A stretch of DNA of 64,000 nucleotides from Azolla caroliniana (GCA_043228905.1 JBHGNT010000013.1:4030001-4094000), one strand, 5' to 3'. Positions 1 through 17,191 are shown, counted from the stretch's first letter. Notes: generated by a model from the sequence alone, not told the origin. A program made the numbers and translations.

Positions 1-259
1 ATTATATTATACTTGATTTAACTTTATACTGACTAGTTTAAGTAATTATTAATATGTTGAATACAATTATTATATTAAAAATAATATCTTTATGTATTGT
101 ATTAATATAATATTAAATAATATAGACATTATATTGAGGGAGCTTCTATTTAGAGAGGAGTTTATGTTTAGAGAGGAGTATATGTTTAGAGAGTAGCTTA
201 TCAGTTTTTTATGTTAGCCTAAGCACATAACTTAAAGAGCTCGGTGTGGACCTTAAGCC

Positions 260-3034
260 ATGAGTGAAGACTCACCATTCTCGATTGAAGAATATTGTTT
301 GTCATTAGACTCTTCGTTTTCTACCGAAGAGTATTGTTTGTTGACAGACTCACCATTTTCTATTGAAGAATATTGTCTATTAACAGACTCACCATATTCT
401 ATCGAAGAATATTGTCTGAGTTCATCTTCACCTACAACGAATGTGAATAATAACACATGTGAAGAGTTCTCTATTGAAGAATACGATATTAATAAAGATA
501 CGGAGAATAAAGATAGTGCCAATGAAACATCAAATATCATGGGCGATGGTCACAACAAAGAATTGGATAGTAACAAGGTTACACCAACTTCTATGTAGGA
601 AGAGAAATCTGGAAGCCCTATGCATATTAGAAGAATCCCACGAAAAATTCGTCTAGCTAGATTTAACTTGGTGACATTAGATAAATAGATTGGATTTGAT
701 GTCAAAAAAATATGTTGTGCCCATGGTTGTATGTCTATAATTGGAAAATCAAAGTTGCGAGAATTAAGGCGATACTATTTTTCGATGACTGGTGATGAGC
801 AAGACACTTACCTCGGGTCACATATGCAACTAGTGTCTGACAAATGTACGGGGATCAAAGTATTATTCGAGTATTATATCTTCCATGCGCAACAGATATG
901 TAGAGTTGCATTCAAAATTGGGTTATGTGTTAGTAACATGCGACTACAAAGATTACAACACCGTTCACTTAGCGGGGATCAGACGCTCAATTGTAAAGAG
1001 GTTCCAAGCATGAAAGGTGCAATTGGAAGACATGCTATTGGTTGGATGAAAAGTTACTTTCAGTTAAATTGTGAAGTAATGCCCACTACAGGTATGATGC
1101 ACCTCTTTGATAATTACACACGTCGGGAAGTTTATGATGTCTATCGATTTGATATGGTGGGCTCACGTAATAAGTCTGTCACATATAGCCAATTCACAAG
1201 ATTATGGAGAGCTCGGTTTTCAAATGTTATCATTCCACATAAAGTACGCATGGGGTATTTCTCCATTTGTCCAAATCTTAAAATTTTGGCTAAAGGTGCA
1301 AAGACATCAATGGAAAAGGATATGAGTAAGAAGTTACTATAGGAGCATCGTGAGGAACAATCGTTAGAACGAAAGAAGGTGATGCATCATAGGGAGAAGT
1401 GTTTGAAGAGGCCCGAACAATACATGCGCTTAATGATAGATGGCATGGACCAGAAGAAGACGTGCTTGCCGCATATGCGGAGGCTCCCCAAAGACGTCAA
1501 TGATGAATGCCTTGTTCAAATGCACTTGGTGGGATGCTTGGCTTATAATAGGTCAGTTGGACCTCACGTCTTCATTACATACCCCAATGTTCACAATGAC
1601 CCTAACCTAACAGTTACAGTGATTCACCGAGTTTTGATGTCTTGGGGCCAACCATTCCCCCCTGTTCTATACATTCAATTGGACAATACTGCTAGAGATA
1701 ACAAAAATTCAACTATGTCTGGCTATCTAAGTATGTTGGTCAACCAAGGATTGTTTACAAAAGTGAAAGTCAATTTTCTTTTGGTTGGCCACACACATGA
1801 TCATATAGATCAAATGTTTAGCACATTCTCCAGACAGTTGTCTCGGCATGATGCTTTCACATTACCTAAACTATTTGATGTCATTTGTGATGCATATACA
1901 CCACGCCCAAAAGTGTTACACTTGAAGGAGGTATATGACTTTAAGAGATATATATTAGATGGGGGTGTTGGGAATGTTAAAGTGCTTGCCCAATTAAACA
2001 ATATAAGCTTCAATCACATTTTTATGATAAAGAAAAATGAAATAAGTGGTTCTACGCTTTTGTATGCTAAATAATATTCATCTTCTACAACATGGGAACC
2101 TGACGGTGGTTGCTAGTTATTACTTTGTATGCCGAGTACAATTGTCCATGGAGCTAAACAAATGCCAATTGAGAAGAAAGGACAATTGCATAGTGACTTG
2201 GTATCGGAACAAAAACGGTTATGGCTCCAAGCCTTAGAAGAAAAAAGAAAGCATATTGAGGCCGCCAAGAAATATGCCGCGCAACAAGACACGTCATGGT
2301 GGGATGTATTTTTTAGTGATCAAAAAGGAATTATAGACAATTGTGTATTTGGTGATTATTGGAATTTGGAAACGCCATTCACATGGTTGTTGCAACATGA
2401 TCATGTAAATAAAAGTCTGGAGCAACCATCAAATGCGATTAATGACAGTTTGGTCCATCCACAACAAAGAGATATTTATGTGGGTCCAAGGATGACCAAA
2501 GCAGTCGAAGCTAGATGGCAAGGAAATTTGCAAGAGCTCATCGCGAGGATGTTGATTGCAACGCCGGTTGATGAGAACTCACATGGCAACCAATTTTGGG
2601 TTGGTAAAATTCTAGAAGTGCTAATGCATGAAAAAGAAAACACGATCAAGTCTATAAACGTTCATTGGTACAACACTGGAAGTGCAAATTCTTTTACAGG
2701 TAAGTATACATTGGAGATGATTGAATGCCCAACTACAAGGGGAGGTAGGAAGAGGAAGCAAAACATTCGTAACACCTCGACCCTTGATATCTCTGATATG
2801 GATATCATCGTGTACGACTTCATGCTTACAAAAGCCGGACGATTGAGGAAGTCAACAATAGAAAAATTAGCAGGTCTACAAGTTGGCTCGAGTCGAAGGC
2901 AAACAAGATCTGCTACATATAATCTAAAGTCAAACCATTTGGTTTATGACGAAGATAATGCACTAATTGGTACATCCGAGGATGACGAGGAGGAATCATC
3001 ATTGTATATTAGTTATAGTAGTGATTCTCTGTAA
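260..3034 (+). pseudogene. DDD-type DNA transposase, Sola1-like (DUF7869-like), ~925 codons, disrupted by in-frame stops
   Basis: ORFs 260, 731, 1379 and 2129 are all in one frame, separated by TAG/TAA stops consistent with CAG/CAA C>T changes. Motifs: CCAHGC, IDGMDQ, LYIQLDNTARDNKN, FLLVGHTHDHIDQMFS. Confidence 0.75.
269..424 (+). repeat. 39-bp coding tandem repeat x4 (SPFSIEEYCLxxD)
   Basis: Visible in the DNA (ccattctcgattgaagaatattgt...) and in ORF 260..598. Confidence 0.9.
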
Positions 3035-3384
3035 AGGAGTGATCATGAATGTATTTTTGGCTATTAAGTGTAACTACATTCCGCTTGAAACAAATCGAGT
3101 AATATAAAAGCATGTGTTTTGAATTCTTATGATTTCTAAAAAAGAGTTTCTTATAAAATAACATTGGTTGTAAAGTTTGTGATATAAATTGAGGATGTAA
3201 CTTTTTGAAATTCCTCTTTTTTTATTTACTTCTAAATCCCGAAAATAGTGGATTTTTAACCTTTTTCATAGTATGTTTGAACATGTATGATACTAGTATC
3301 AATGTGTTTTGTAAAATCATTGAAAAAGCCCTAAAATCAACCAAAATATTCCTTATCCTTCCATTTATGTGTGATCCTTCCACT

Positions 3385-3722
3385 TGTGAACCCGAACGTG
3401 TTCTAGAGGTTTTTATCAAGCGGCAAGCTCATCCGGATCCGGATCGGTATCCCGATCGGAGAGCTGGATCGGTATCTAGAAGGATGAGCCGGATCAGGGA
3501 GATGGATCAGAGAGCCAGATTCGAGTGCGAACCGGAAGCTTAGTAATAGCCTAGACTACTAGGTAATCATTGTCTCGTAGTTAGTGTTAATCGCACGTAG
3601 GAATATTGAAGTACCTATCAATACTTCTATCAATTCTTTATGGACTTGTATAAAAGTGCTCTCTGAGCACATTCTATATACACAGAATTTCAGTGTGTTA
3701 TTTTGAATTAAGATTATGTTCT

Positions 3723-3766
<44 letters not shown>

Positions 3767-3869
3767 ACGCGTATTCTTTGTGTTAAGTTCTCCATTAAAC
3801 CTTTTCTCATTTTCTGTTGCTATCCTGTTGAGCTGGTTTGTCTGACACTTCCGCACATTTACTTTCACA
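3385..3869 (+). repeat. 5' LTR of Ty1/copia element (family A)
   Basis: TGTGAA...TTCACA inverted termini and an internal (CT)n tract; followed directly by PBS TGGTATCAGAGC. Confidence 0.85.
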
Positions 3870-3881
3870 TGGTATCAGAGC
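3870..3881 (+). promoter_or_regulatory. PBS, tRNA-iMet
   Basis: TGGTATCAGAGC directly after the LTR. Confidence 0.9.
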
Positions 3882-3962
3882 ACGAGGGTTGAGAACCTCT
3901 GCAGCTAACAGATGCTTTTGAAGACAAACCCTAATACTCGGTAAGGACAGACATAAAAAGAT

Positions 3963-4925
3963 ATGGACAGAGGTATGGTGAGTTCACTTCCCACAGAGAA
4001 GCTCGACCAGAGCAACTATGCGTCCTGGTCATATAAACTGCACCAGTACCTGTTGGGGCATGGTTATTGGAGCTACGTGGAAGGAACCAACGAGGTAGCG
4101 CCGAAGCCGATACACAAGGACTTCCCGGCATGGGAGCAAGGAGTGAGTCGAGTATTGTACTGCCTCGTGTCTTGTGTGCAAGATCAGATGCTCTGCTACA
4201 TCAAGGATGCAAAGACGCCGAAGGAGGCATGGGAAAATCTATGGAAGATTTTCACCACGACTATCGCAGCTCAGAAGTTGCAGCCCCGGCAAGAGCTCAA
4301 CAACATCCGATAGAGGGACATGTCCTACATCACCAAGATAAAGGAGGTTTGTGACGTGCTTGGGTCCATCAACGTGACGGTGGATGAAGACGAGATGGTC
4401 CAAATCTGCCTCGGTGGTCTAGCACAAAGGTACGGGCCAATCCGGACGGCGATCTGCACCCGGTAGAAGCCACCGTCCTTCTTCGACTTACAATCAATGT
4501 TGATGGTCGAAGAAAACCACGCGAGTGGGTCGAGAACCACTCAATCGAACAGCCAAATGTTGTACACGGAGGCGGATCGGCCCCGTGGGCATGGACGACA
4601 AGGTGGGTCGGCACGCAATGGAGGCGGCTGGCAAGAGCGGGACCGAAGGCACAGAGATAGTGCCGACAACAGTTCTGGACCCTCCACAAGTAGGGGGAGT
4701 CAAAGCAGCACCAGAAGCCGGCAAGGAAAAGCTGACATGGAATGCTGGTATTGTGGAAAAAAGGGCCACAGGGAAAGCGAGTGCTAGAAGAAGCGCACTG
4801 ATTCGTACAAATCTGGATCCGGCAAGGCCAGTCAGGAAAACCGGCAAAGCTCAGACTATGCAGAAGGATCGAAAGGACCCAGAATCAGGAAGACTGATAA
4901 TGGGCCAACCTTCGTGATGAAGCAC
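3963..4925 (+). pseudogene. gag: Copia gag (family A), truncated before protease
   Basis: EKLDQSNYASWSYK, DAKTPKEAWENL and zinc knuckle CWYCGKKGHRESEC; stops and frameshifts present. Confidence 0.9.
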
Positions 4926-5419
4926 ACCCCTCATTGTTACCGGCCGACAAAGTAGTCTAGAGTGTGAAATGGAGGAGTTATTTAATTATTAAGGAATGGT
5001 TGTAAGTAAGCTATTAGTGTGGACAGACGGACCGGAATCGGTATGCCGTTCCGGATCCAGACCGATCCTGAACAGGTGCGGATGGCACCGTTTTGTACTA
5101 CAAACCGGAAACCTATTTAAAGGCCCGGATACAATGTAATGAGCAGCGGATAATTAATAATGCTTAGTGTTTTTATCTCTCTGTGTTAATTGTCGTTCGG
5201 CATTCATTGTTATATCTTACGCGTGTGATTATTAAGGACGATCTTGCTAAGTAACCTAATTAAGTTGGATTAATCGTTGAGCCTAATCCTCTTGCCGTAA
5301 CACCCCTTTGGTGAAGTGTCTTCTATAGACACCCTGTGTTAGGCCATTGTCCAGCCCTAAGAGTTAACACAGTTTTTGGCGACCACGATTCCTGTTTTTG
5401 CAGCGAATGACGGCATGAA

Positions 5420-7064
5420 TGGATGACTAGACCAACGAACGACCTGGTTACAGATCGAACTCGACGCCTTGTCGAAAGGCAAAGGAGACGTGAGGATTTC
5501 CAGCAAGCGGCGTAGGAAATTAGAGCGGATCGATCGTTTTCCAACGTAATCCGGAGAGTAGCGGAGGAGTCCCTCTAGTTACAGCAAACATCACACCCGG
5601 ACGACGACAGCAGCCTAAGCAGCCTCCGGGAAACCAAATCCCTTCTCCAGGCGTTGGCAAGCGGAGAAGGCGAAGCAGAAGCCTTTTTCAGCGTATGAAT
5701 CGGATTCCGAAGGGGGATACAGCGTGCACACGAACTACCGTAGTAGCAACGACACCCCGGGCGGACCGGAAGACGAAGGATCAGACACCTTACCGACACC
5801 GGAACCGGAAGTGCTAAGGCTGGAACCTCCGGAACCAGAAGCAGAGGAAGAGCGACCTCCGACACCGGAAGTCGAGGAGGAGAGGCCTCCGTCACCAAAA
5901 GAAGAGGAAAGACCACCAACGCCGGAGACAAATCAAGAACGACCACCGACGACGGAGAAAAACCAGGAACAACCACCAACACCACCAGCCCGCGCACCGA
6001 TACCGGAAGATGACATGCCGTTCTAGTACTCCAAGTATACAGATGATTCGGACGCGGAAGCTCATGTTCATGCCTTTGAATAGACATGGGAAGCAAACCA
6101 TGTGTCCCAGCGATTGAACCCGGAGGAAGAGGAACGCTCTAAGATAGCGGAATTTGGCATCACATTGGAGGGACCGGCAGCAAGATGGCGCCGGAAGCAG
6201 GACCCGTCTACCATCACCACCTTCGCAGATTTAAAAGCTAAATTCTTTCCTTTTTTCCAAAAGGAGGTGGACCAGACAATAATGGTGGGCTTGTTTTATA
6301 CCATCCGACAGGAGGAAGGGGAGAGCATTCCCCAGTTTGTCATCCGGTTTCAATGGATGCATAGTCAACTGGCTCGCGCACCCCCGGAGGAGGAATTACG
6401 GACGGTTTGCGCTCCGGGAACCCCTACGCACGGTTTGCATGGTAATTGACTTCCGCACAAGTACCATCAACCAAGTCATTGACCGGGTGAGAGAGATGGA
6501 AAAGACAAGCTCCTGGCTCACACTGGGAGCACTCCAATGGGCGTTACCGTCCGATGAAGACCTCCGGTTTCGGCAAGCAATACAGTGCACAACCTGCTTG
6601 AATTCCGGACACTCGGCACTAGAATGCACTATGAGGACGCAATGTGTAATCTGTCAATCCAAGGGCCATACAATGGATAGGTGCGAGTATAATCTATTGA
6701 ACCGGCAAGCACCGCCCGTCCGGCAAATAGAGCCACGCAACAGCCGGGATGAAGAAGAGGAACGCTGGCGGCGAAGGGACCGATACCAACCGGTATAGGA
6801 TATCCGGTATGGCGATCGACGTGAGAATGATGTCCGGTATGATGATCGGCAGGATAACTACGACCGGTACGATAGAAATGATCGGTACCGGGATTACAAT
6901 AGACGATACGAACACTACGACCGCGAGCACTCCCCCGGGTATCGTCAGCAACGGGAGGAATACGGCAAATATAACGACCAACCTCGTCAAGAACACCGCA
7001 ATAAGAAGAACTATAACAAAAAACGGCATTTCAAAAATAACGCCCACCCACGAGCTCCGGAACA
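5420..7064 (+). pseudogene. gag: Gypsy gag with Pro/Glu repeats and two zinc knuckles
   Basis: DAEAHVHAF..TWEANH, EEGESIPQFVIRF, CTTCLNSGHSALEC, CVICQSKGHTMDRC; EEERPPTP repeats. Confidence 0.8.
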
Positions 7065-7079
7065 TGTCATGATATGCCA

Positions 7080-7133
7080 AGACTCGAACCCATGACCTTA
7101 TGCTACATGGGTCGAGCTCTTACCATTAGACTA
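7080..7133 (-). promoter_or_regulatory. tRNA-like Pol III promoter (A+B box) in LTR U3
   Basis: Minus strand reads TAGTCTAATGG-32 nt-GGTTCGAGTCT. Confidence 0.7.
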
Positions 7134-7552
7134 TGAATTGTAATTTATAAGATATTATTTTCATTTATGCTTTATCATAGAAAATTGATGTATATTCCAG
7201 ATCTCTCTGGAACATTCTAGAAGCTTCAGGATTATTCCTAGAAACACTATAAAAGGAGGCACAAGGCATTGTTTTGAACCAAATTGGTTCAACGCCAGTC
7301 TTAAGCCTCTTAGCCGATTTGTACTTATCTTTTCACATAATATAAGAGCTGTTGTCATCATCCTTCTCTCTCTCTCTCTTTCTCGCTATCTCTCTCTCTC
7401 TTCTCTTCTCACTTCCTCTCTCGGGAATCTTACGCAGTCCCATCCTCTTAGTACTAGTAGTACTGCTCTTCTTTAGTACTAACTCCATCTCTGCTTTAGT
7501 ACTATTCCTGACAGTTTGAAACAATTTGTCCTCCTACCCTTTTCCTTATACT

Positions 7553-8697
7553 ATGGCTACTGTTAGTGCCCAAGAATATCAATCCGTTTTCTCCAAGCTA
7601 CAGTGCTTAAAAGAAAAATTTGTTGCCTTGGAACAAGAAAACCAATGGCTGATAGGGGATCTGCAACAAATCGCTCTAGAAAAGCAACAAACGCAGCAAC
7701 ATCATGGGGAGTTAGTGTTACGGCTGCAACAACTCGAAGCGGCATTGCAACAACAAGGATCAAGTCCCCAAGGATTTCATAAAGAGCCGAAAATTGGACT
7801 TCCTGTGAAATTTGATGGAACGCGATCGCAATTCAGGGGATTCCTTAATCAGGTACGATTAGTCCTCCAAATGCATCCTTCCCGATACCCCACTGATGCA
7901 TCCCGAGTCGGCTTAATAGGCATATTGCTTAGCGGCTCAGCCTTAGCATGGTTCGCTCCGCTCCTAGAAAAACAATCGCCCTTGCTTAATAACTTTGAAG
8001 ATTTTATTAGTGAGTTCAAAGCCTGCTTTGGAGACACCGACAGCATCAGGACGGCGATCAACAAGATCCGGCGATTGCGTCAAGGCGATCGTCCAGCCTC
8101 TTCCTACGCGGCGGATTTCCGCCTACTCGTTTCAGACATACCCTGGGATGATCAAGCACTAATGGAGCAGTTTCGCTATGGCTTGCGAAACGATGTCAAA
8201 GATCTACTTCTAACTTTCCCCGAAGAACCAAAGTCTCTTACGGAGGCAATTAGTCGAACGGTCTGATGTGACAACCGCCTTTTCGAACGGCGTTCGGAAC
8301 GTCAATTACAGATACCACGCGCAAGGCCGGAGCCCACTTACGCCGCAGTCGCGGCTAAACCGTTTGCACCAGACATACCTCAAGCAAATACTTTGACACC
8401 GATGGAGATCGATACCATGCGTCAACGCGGCCCGTTATCGGAAGAAGAAAAGCAACAACGACGTGCAAATCGATTATGTCTTTATTGCGGTGGACCAGGG
8501 CATATCGCAATCAATTGTCCCCATAGACCAAGAAGAGAGGTAAATCAAATTGTAGCCTGTACTAAACCCGAGTCAATTTTTCCCTTAGGAGTGTCTGATA
8601 GTATTAATAGTACTAATAGAGTGTTTGATAGTATTCATAGTACTAATAGCCCAAGTATCTCAAATAAATTTGAAATCCTTAGTCAATTAGATGAAGA

Positions 8698-8710
<13 letters not shown>
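7553..8710 (+). pseudogene. gag: Chromovirus gag
   Basis: EPKIGLPVKFDGTRSQFRGF, LRQGDRPASSYAADF, PMEID, CLYCGGPGHIAINC; TGA at 8264-8266. Confidence 0.9.
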
Positions 8711-12277
<3,567 letters not shown>

Positions 12278-12303
12278 GGGGGAGATAGTGTCATGATATG
12301 GCA

Positions 12304-12357
12304 AGACTCGAACCCATGACCCTCTGCTACATGGGTCGAGCTCTTACCATTAGACTA
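12304..12357 (-). promoter_or_regulatory. tRNA-like Pol III promoter (A+B box) in second LTR
   Basis: Same boxes and spacing as 7080-7133. Confidence 0.7.
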
Positions 12358-12733
12358 TGAATTGTAATTTGTAGGATATTATTTTCATTTATGCTTTATC
12401 ATAGAAAATTGATGTATATTCCAGATCTCTCTGGAACATTCTAGAAGCTTCAGGATTATTCCTAAAACCACTATAAAAGGAGGCACAAGGCATTGTTTTG
12501 AACCAAATTGGTTCAACGCCAGTCTTAAGCCTCTTAGCCGATTTGTACTTATCTTTTCACATAATATAAGAGTTGCTGTCATCATCCTTCTCTCTCTCTT
12601 TCTCACTATCTCTCTCTCTCTTCTCTTCTCACTTCCTCTCTCGGGAATCTTACGCAGTCCCGTCCTCTTAGTACTAATAGTACTGCTCTTCGTTAGTACT
12701 AACTCCATCTCTGCTTTAGTACTACTCCTGACA

Positions 12734-13710
12734 GTTTGAAACAATTTGTCTTCCTACCCTTTTCCCTATACTATGGTTACTGTTAGCGCCCAAGAATATC
12801 AATCCGTTTTCTCCGAGCTACAGTGCTTAAAAGAAAAATTTGTTGCCTTGGAACAAGGAAACCAACGGCTGATAGGGGATCTGCAACAAATCGCTCTAAT
12901 AAAGCAACAAACGCAGCAACATCATGGGGAGTTAGCATTACGGGTGCAACAACTCGAAGCGGCATTGCAACAACAAAGATCAAGTTCCCAAGGATTTCAT
13001 AAAGAGCCGAAGATTGGACTTCCTGTGAAATTTGATGGAACGCGATCGCAATTCAGGGGATTCCTTAATCAGGTACGATTAGTCCTCCAAATGCATCCTT
13101 CCCGATACCCCACTGATGCATCCCGAGTCGGCTTAATAGGCACATTGCTTAGCGGCTCAGCCTTAGCATGGTTTGCTCCGCTCCTAGAAAAACAATTGCC
13201 CTTGCTTAATAACTTTGAAGATTTTATTAGTGAGTTCAAAGCCTGCTTTGGAGACACCAACAGCATCAGGACGGCGATCAACAAGATCCGGCGATTGTGT
13301 CAAGGCGATCGTCCAGCCTCTGCCTACGCAGCGGATTTCCGCCTACTCGCTTCAGACATACCCTGGGATGATCAAGCACTAATGGAGCAGTTTCTCTATG
13401 GCTTGCGAAGCAATGTCAAAGATCTACTTCTAACTTTCCCCGAAGATCCAAAGTCTCTTACGGAGGCAATCAGTCGAGCGGTCCGATGTGACAACCGCCT
13501 TTTCGAACGGCGTTCGGAACGTCAATTACAGATACCACGCGCTAGGCCGGAGCCCACCTACGCCGCAGTCGCGACAAACCGTTTGCATGAGACATACCTC
13601 AAGCAAATACTTTGACACCGATGGAGATCGATACCATGCGTCGACGCGGCCCGTTATCGGAAGAAGAAAAGCAACGACGACGTGAAAATCGATTATGTCT
13701 TTATTGCGGA
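12734..13710 (+). pseudogene. gag: Second tandem chromovirus internal region (leader + gag), truncated in the zinc knuckle
   Basis: Near-identical to 7514-8489; breaks after CLYCG and joins the host element protease. Confidence 0.92.
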
Positions 13711-16700
13711 CGTGTGATGCCCTGGGAATCCACGAGTGGGAGCCGTGTCCGTTCTGGTTACGGAAGGCCGATACAAGCTCGGTGCGGCCAACAGGATTAA
13801 TACGAAAATTAGAAGTCACCGTTGGCGGTCATACATTTCACATCTCGGCTGTAGTGTTACAATTACAGGCACAAGGCGCGTACCCGCTATTGCTAGGGCG
13901 GCCGTGGTTGAAAACGTCACATATCAAACAGAATTGGAGGAAAAATATAATTACCTTCCGGTGAGGAAAAGCCAAGGTACGTGTACCAACATAGCCAAGG
14001 ACGAGCATTGGCAAGGAATGTACACCGTTGTATGCAGAGTGCATCAACATGCTAGAAGGGTTAGCTAACGAAGAAGAAGCTCAGTACTTGCAGGAAAACC
14101 CGAAGATCGTACCCCTCTTCGAATTTGACATTGTCGAAGCAGTAGCACCATACTTACCACAACCGGAAGAGACTGAAGCAGAACCGGATAAGGACGGAAT
14201 CCGAGAGTTACGGCAAGCGCAGGAAGCGTTGGAACGGGAAATGGCCGTTTCATAGTGCGTAAATAGCTTTCTAGCTTTCTAGACGGATTCAGCGGGTATA
14301 ATCAGATCCGGATGCACCCCGACGACCAAGAGAAAACGGCTTTCGTCACCGAATGGGGGGTGTTTGTGGCCGTGGTGATGATGTTCGGACTCAAAACGGC
14401 ACCGGCAACATTCCAACGAATCATCATGGAAATCTTTGGTGAATATATCCCGGCTTTTATGCAGGTTTTCCTTGACGATTTCGCCATCTATAGCCGGGAA
14501 GAGGACCATTTTCAGCACCTCAGTCTTTGTCTAGAAAAGTGTAGAGTGTACCGGCTAAGCTTGAATTCGGCGAAGTGTGTATTTGGCGTGTCTAGTGGAA
14601 CCCTACTAGGACATATTGTGAGCAAGGAAGGCATTGCAGTCGACCCGGACAAAGTGAAAGCCATATTAGAAGCACCGGCGCAGGCAACGACAAAGGCATT
14701 GAGCCGGTTCTTAGGCCAGATCCGGTGGCACAGCCGGATGCTCCGATACTTGGCCGACCTGGCTACACCGTTGCATGCCGCGGTATATCGAACACCATTC
14801 CAGTGGACCGACACCGAGGATAGGGCGTATAGGGCCCTCAAGGTACTATTGTCGCAAGCACCAGTACTGCAGCCTCCGGATTGGAGTAAAGAATTTCATG
14901 TGTTCGTGGACGCCTCCTACATCGCAATCGGAAGCGTACTGATGTAGCTTACGGAGCCAAAGTGGTACCGGCCAGTGTACTATGCTAGGCGAAAGCTATC
15001 CCAAGCGGAACGGAACTACTCTACCACGGAACGGGAAGCTCTAGGGATGATCTACAGTGTGACAAAGTTTCGGCATTATTTATTGGGAAGGAAGTTTTCT
15101 TTCCATGTAGATCATTCGGCACTCCTTTACCTGGTGTCCAAGGCATCACTCACTAGTAAGTTGGCCCGGTGGACCTTACTGTTACAGGAATTCGAGTTCG
15201 AAATATTCCACCGACCCGGTATACAGCATGCCGTAGCGGATTATTTAAGCCGACTAGAGTCCGGAGAGACGGGCAACGGAGTAGTGGACGAGTTTCCGGA
15301 TGCGGAGCTGTTTCGAGTCACTACGGAAACGGCAGCAGATGAGACGGTGGCACAGGAAGACAAGTGGCTCACAAATATGCACCAGTTTCTAAGCACAGGA
15401 CTGCCTCCGGAGGAGATGACCCAGGATGAAAGGAAACGCCTCGCGGTGCAAAGCCGACATTTCTGCTTACTGCGAGACACACTTTACCACAAGGGCGCGG
15501 ACGACATATGGAGACGGGCTGTGCGCAGCGATGGAAAGGACCTCATACTAAGGAAAGCCCACTGCAGAGTTGCCGGAGGTCACTATGCCGGAGATGCGAC
15601 GGCCAGGAAAATATGGCAAAGTGGCCTATGGTGGCCAACTACATTAAGAGATGTTGTACGGTATGCAAAAGAATGTGACCTATGCCAGCGAATGGGCCAG
15701 CCAACGGAGCAAGCTCGGATGCCACACCAGCCTGTACTACCACTCGAACCATTCCAGAAGTGGGGGCTGGACTTTGTTGGACCGTTCAAACCACCGGTAA
15801 TGAGAACAGGTAATCGGTACGTCGTCGTCGCGACGGATTACTGCACGAAATGGGTGGAGGCCAAAGCCTTAAGAGACAACACCGCTACGTCAACGGAAAA
15901 ATTCCTATACGAATACATCTGGTGCCGTTACGGATGCCCAATCGAATTAATAAGCAACCAAGGGGGGCACTTTCTCGGCCAAGTAGTTGAAAGCCTGACG
16001 ACATTCTATGCCGTTGTCCATAAACGGAGCACACCGTACTATCCGCAAGCAAACGGGTTAAGCCGAGTCGACGAACAAAACGCTCCAGAATATCCTCCGG
16101 AAGATCGTCAACGAAAACTGAATGGATTGGGATACCAAGCTACATAGCGCGCTTTGGGCATACCGGACAACATACAAAACGAGGATCCGAACAACAACGT
16201 TCTGGTTAGCGTTCGGACTAGAGGCGGTAATGCCGGTGCAATTCCAAGTACCAAGCTTACGGATCCAGCTTCGGGAACGGCTAAACGAGAAGGAGTCGGA
16301 GGCAATAGGGTTAACAACATTGTGTGAACTCGAGGAACAACGACTGGCAAGCATCCTGCACTTAGAATTGGAGCAACGGCGACAGAAAGCATTTGTCTAC
16401 CGGCACAGGAAAGGAAATGAAAAAATGTTCGAAATCAGCAAGCCGGTGTTAGTATTTCAGACCCGGATGGGCAAGATGCCGGGTAAACTACGGTTTAGAT
16501 GGACGGGCCCATATTGGCTGACACGTGAGTATAATGGGTCCTACCAGTTAGGGACACTTGCCGGCGAAGTGCTAGGAAAATGGGTCAATGGATTCAGATT
16601 GAAGCCATATAGAGGACCGATGCCCAAGAACCCATTTGAGCAAAGGACCGACACCGGTGAGGAAACGACAACCTGTGAGGGGAACGGCAACCACCAAGAC

Positions 16701-16793
16701 GAAGGAGACAACATGCCGGTAACAGGGGAGAATGAGGCGACGGAAAACCGTAATGAGGCCGGTAAGGGTCTGATAGGACCAACGGACAACTAA
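13711..16793 (+). pseudogene. pol: pol of host gypsy (partial PR, RT with N-terminal deletion, RH, INT)
   Basis: LLLGRPWL, MFGLKTAPATFQR, VFLDDF, VDAS, ERNYSTTEREAL, KWGLDFVGP, YYPQANG, KLRFRWTGPY. Confidence 0.92.
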
Positions 16794-17107
16794 CTCCACA
16801 CCACATTAAAATTTGTTAAAAATAAAAAAAATAAAAAAAAAGCGAAGTAATCATGCAAAAGCGAGGTATGGACGGACGAGAGAGCGAGGAGCGAAAAGGT
16901 ACGTAGTGGGCATTTAGGCGCCACCACAGGACATAATGCTATTTTAGGACACGACGTGCACACTCTCGAAAAAGGCGCCAGAATGCACAGAGAAAAACCA
17001 CAGCGCATGGAGACCTTCTACTTTCGCGAACCCAGGAGCACAGAGGCACCAAGGCGTTGGAAGATCACCAGTCGAGAACCTACGCACAGAGAACCCCCGC
17101 TTTCTGA

Positions 17108-17147
<40 letters not shown>

Positions 17148-17191
17148 ATCACCATCCAACCTCGCCACCACAATCCGACCTCGACACAGAC

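Noticed and set aside
253-540. Minus-strand ORF with QYSSIE repeats
   Set aside because: Antisense shadow of the 39-bp transposase repeat.
596-2142. Programmed stop read-through or RNA editing of the many in-frame TAG/TAA codons
   Set aside because: Stops are scattered, differ between copies and fit methyl-C deamination of CAG/CAA/CGA/TGG across the window.
3035-3384. Terminal inverted repeat of the Sola-like element
   Set aside because: No matching left end inside the window, so it cannot be defined.
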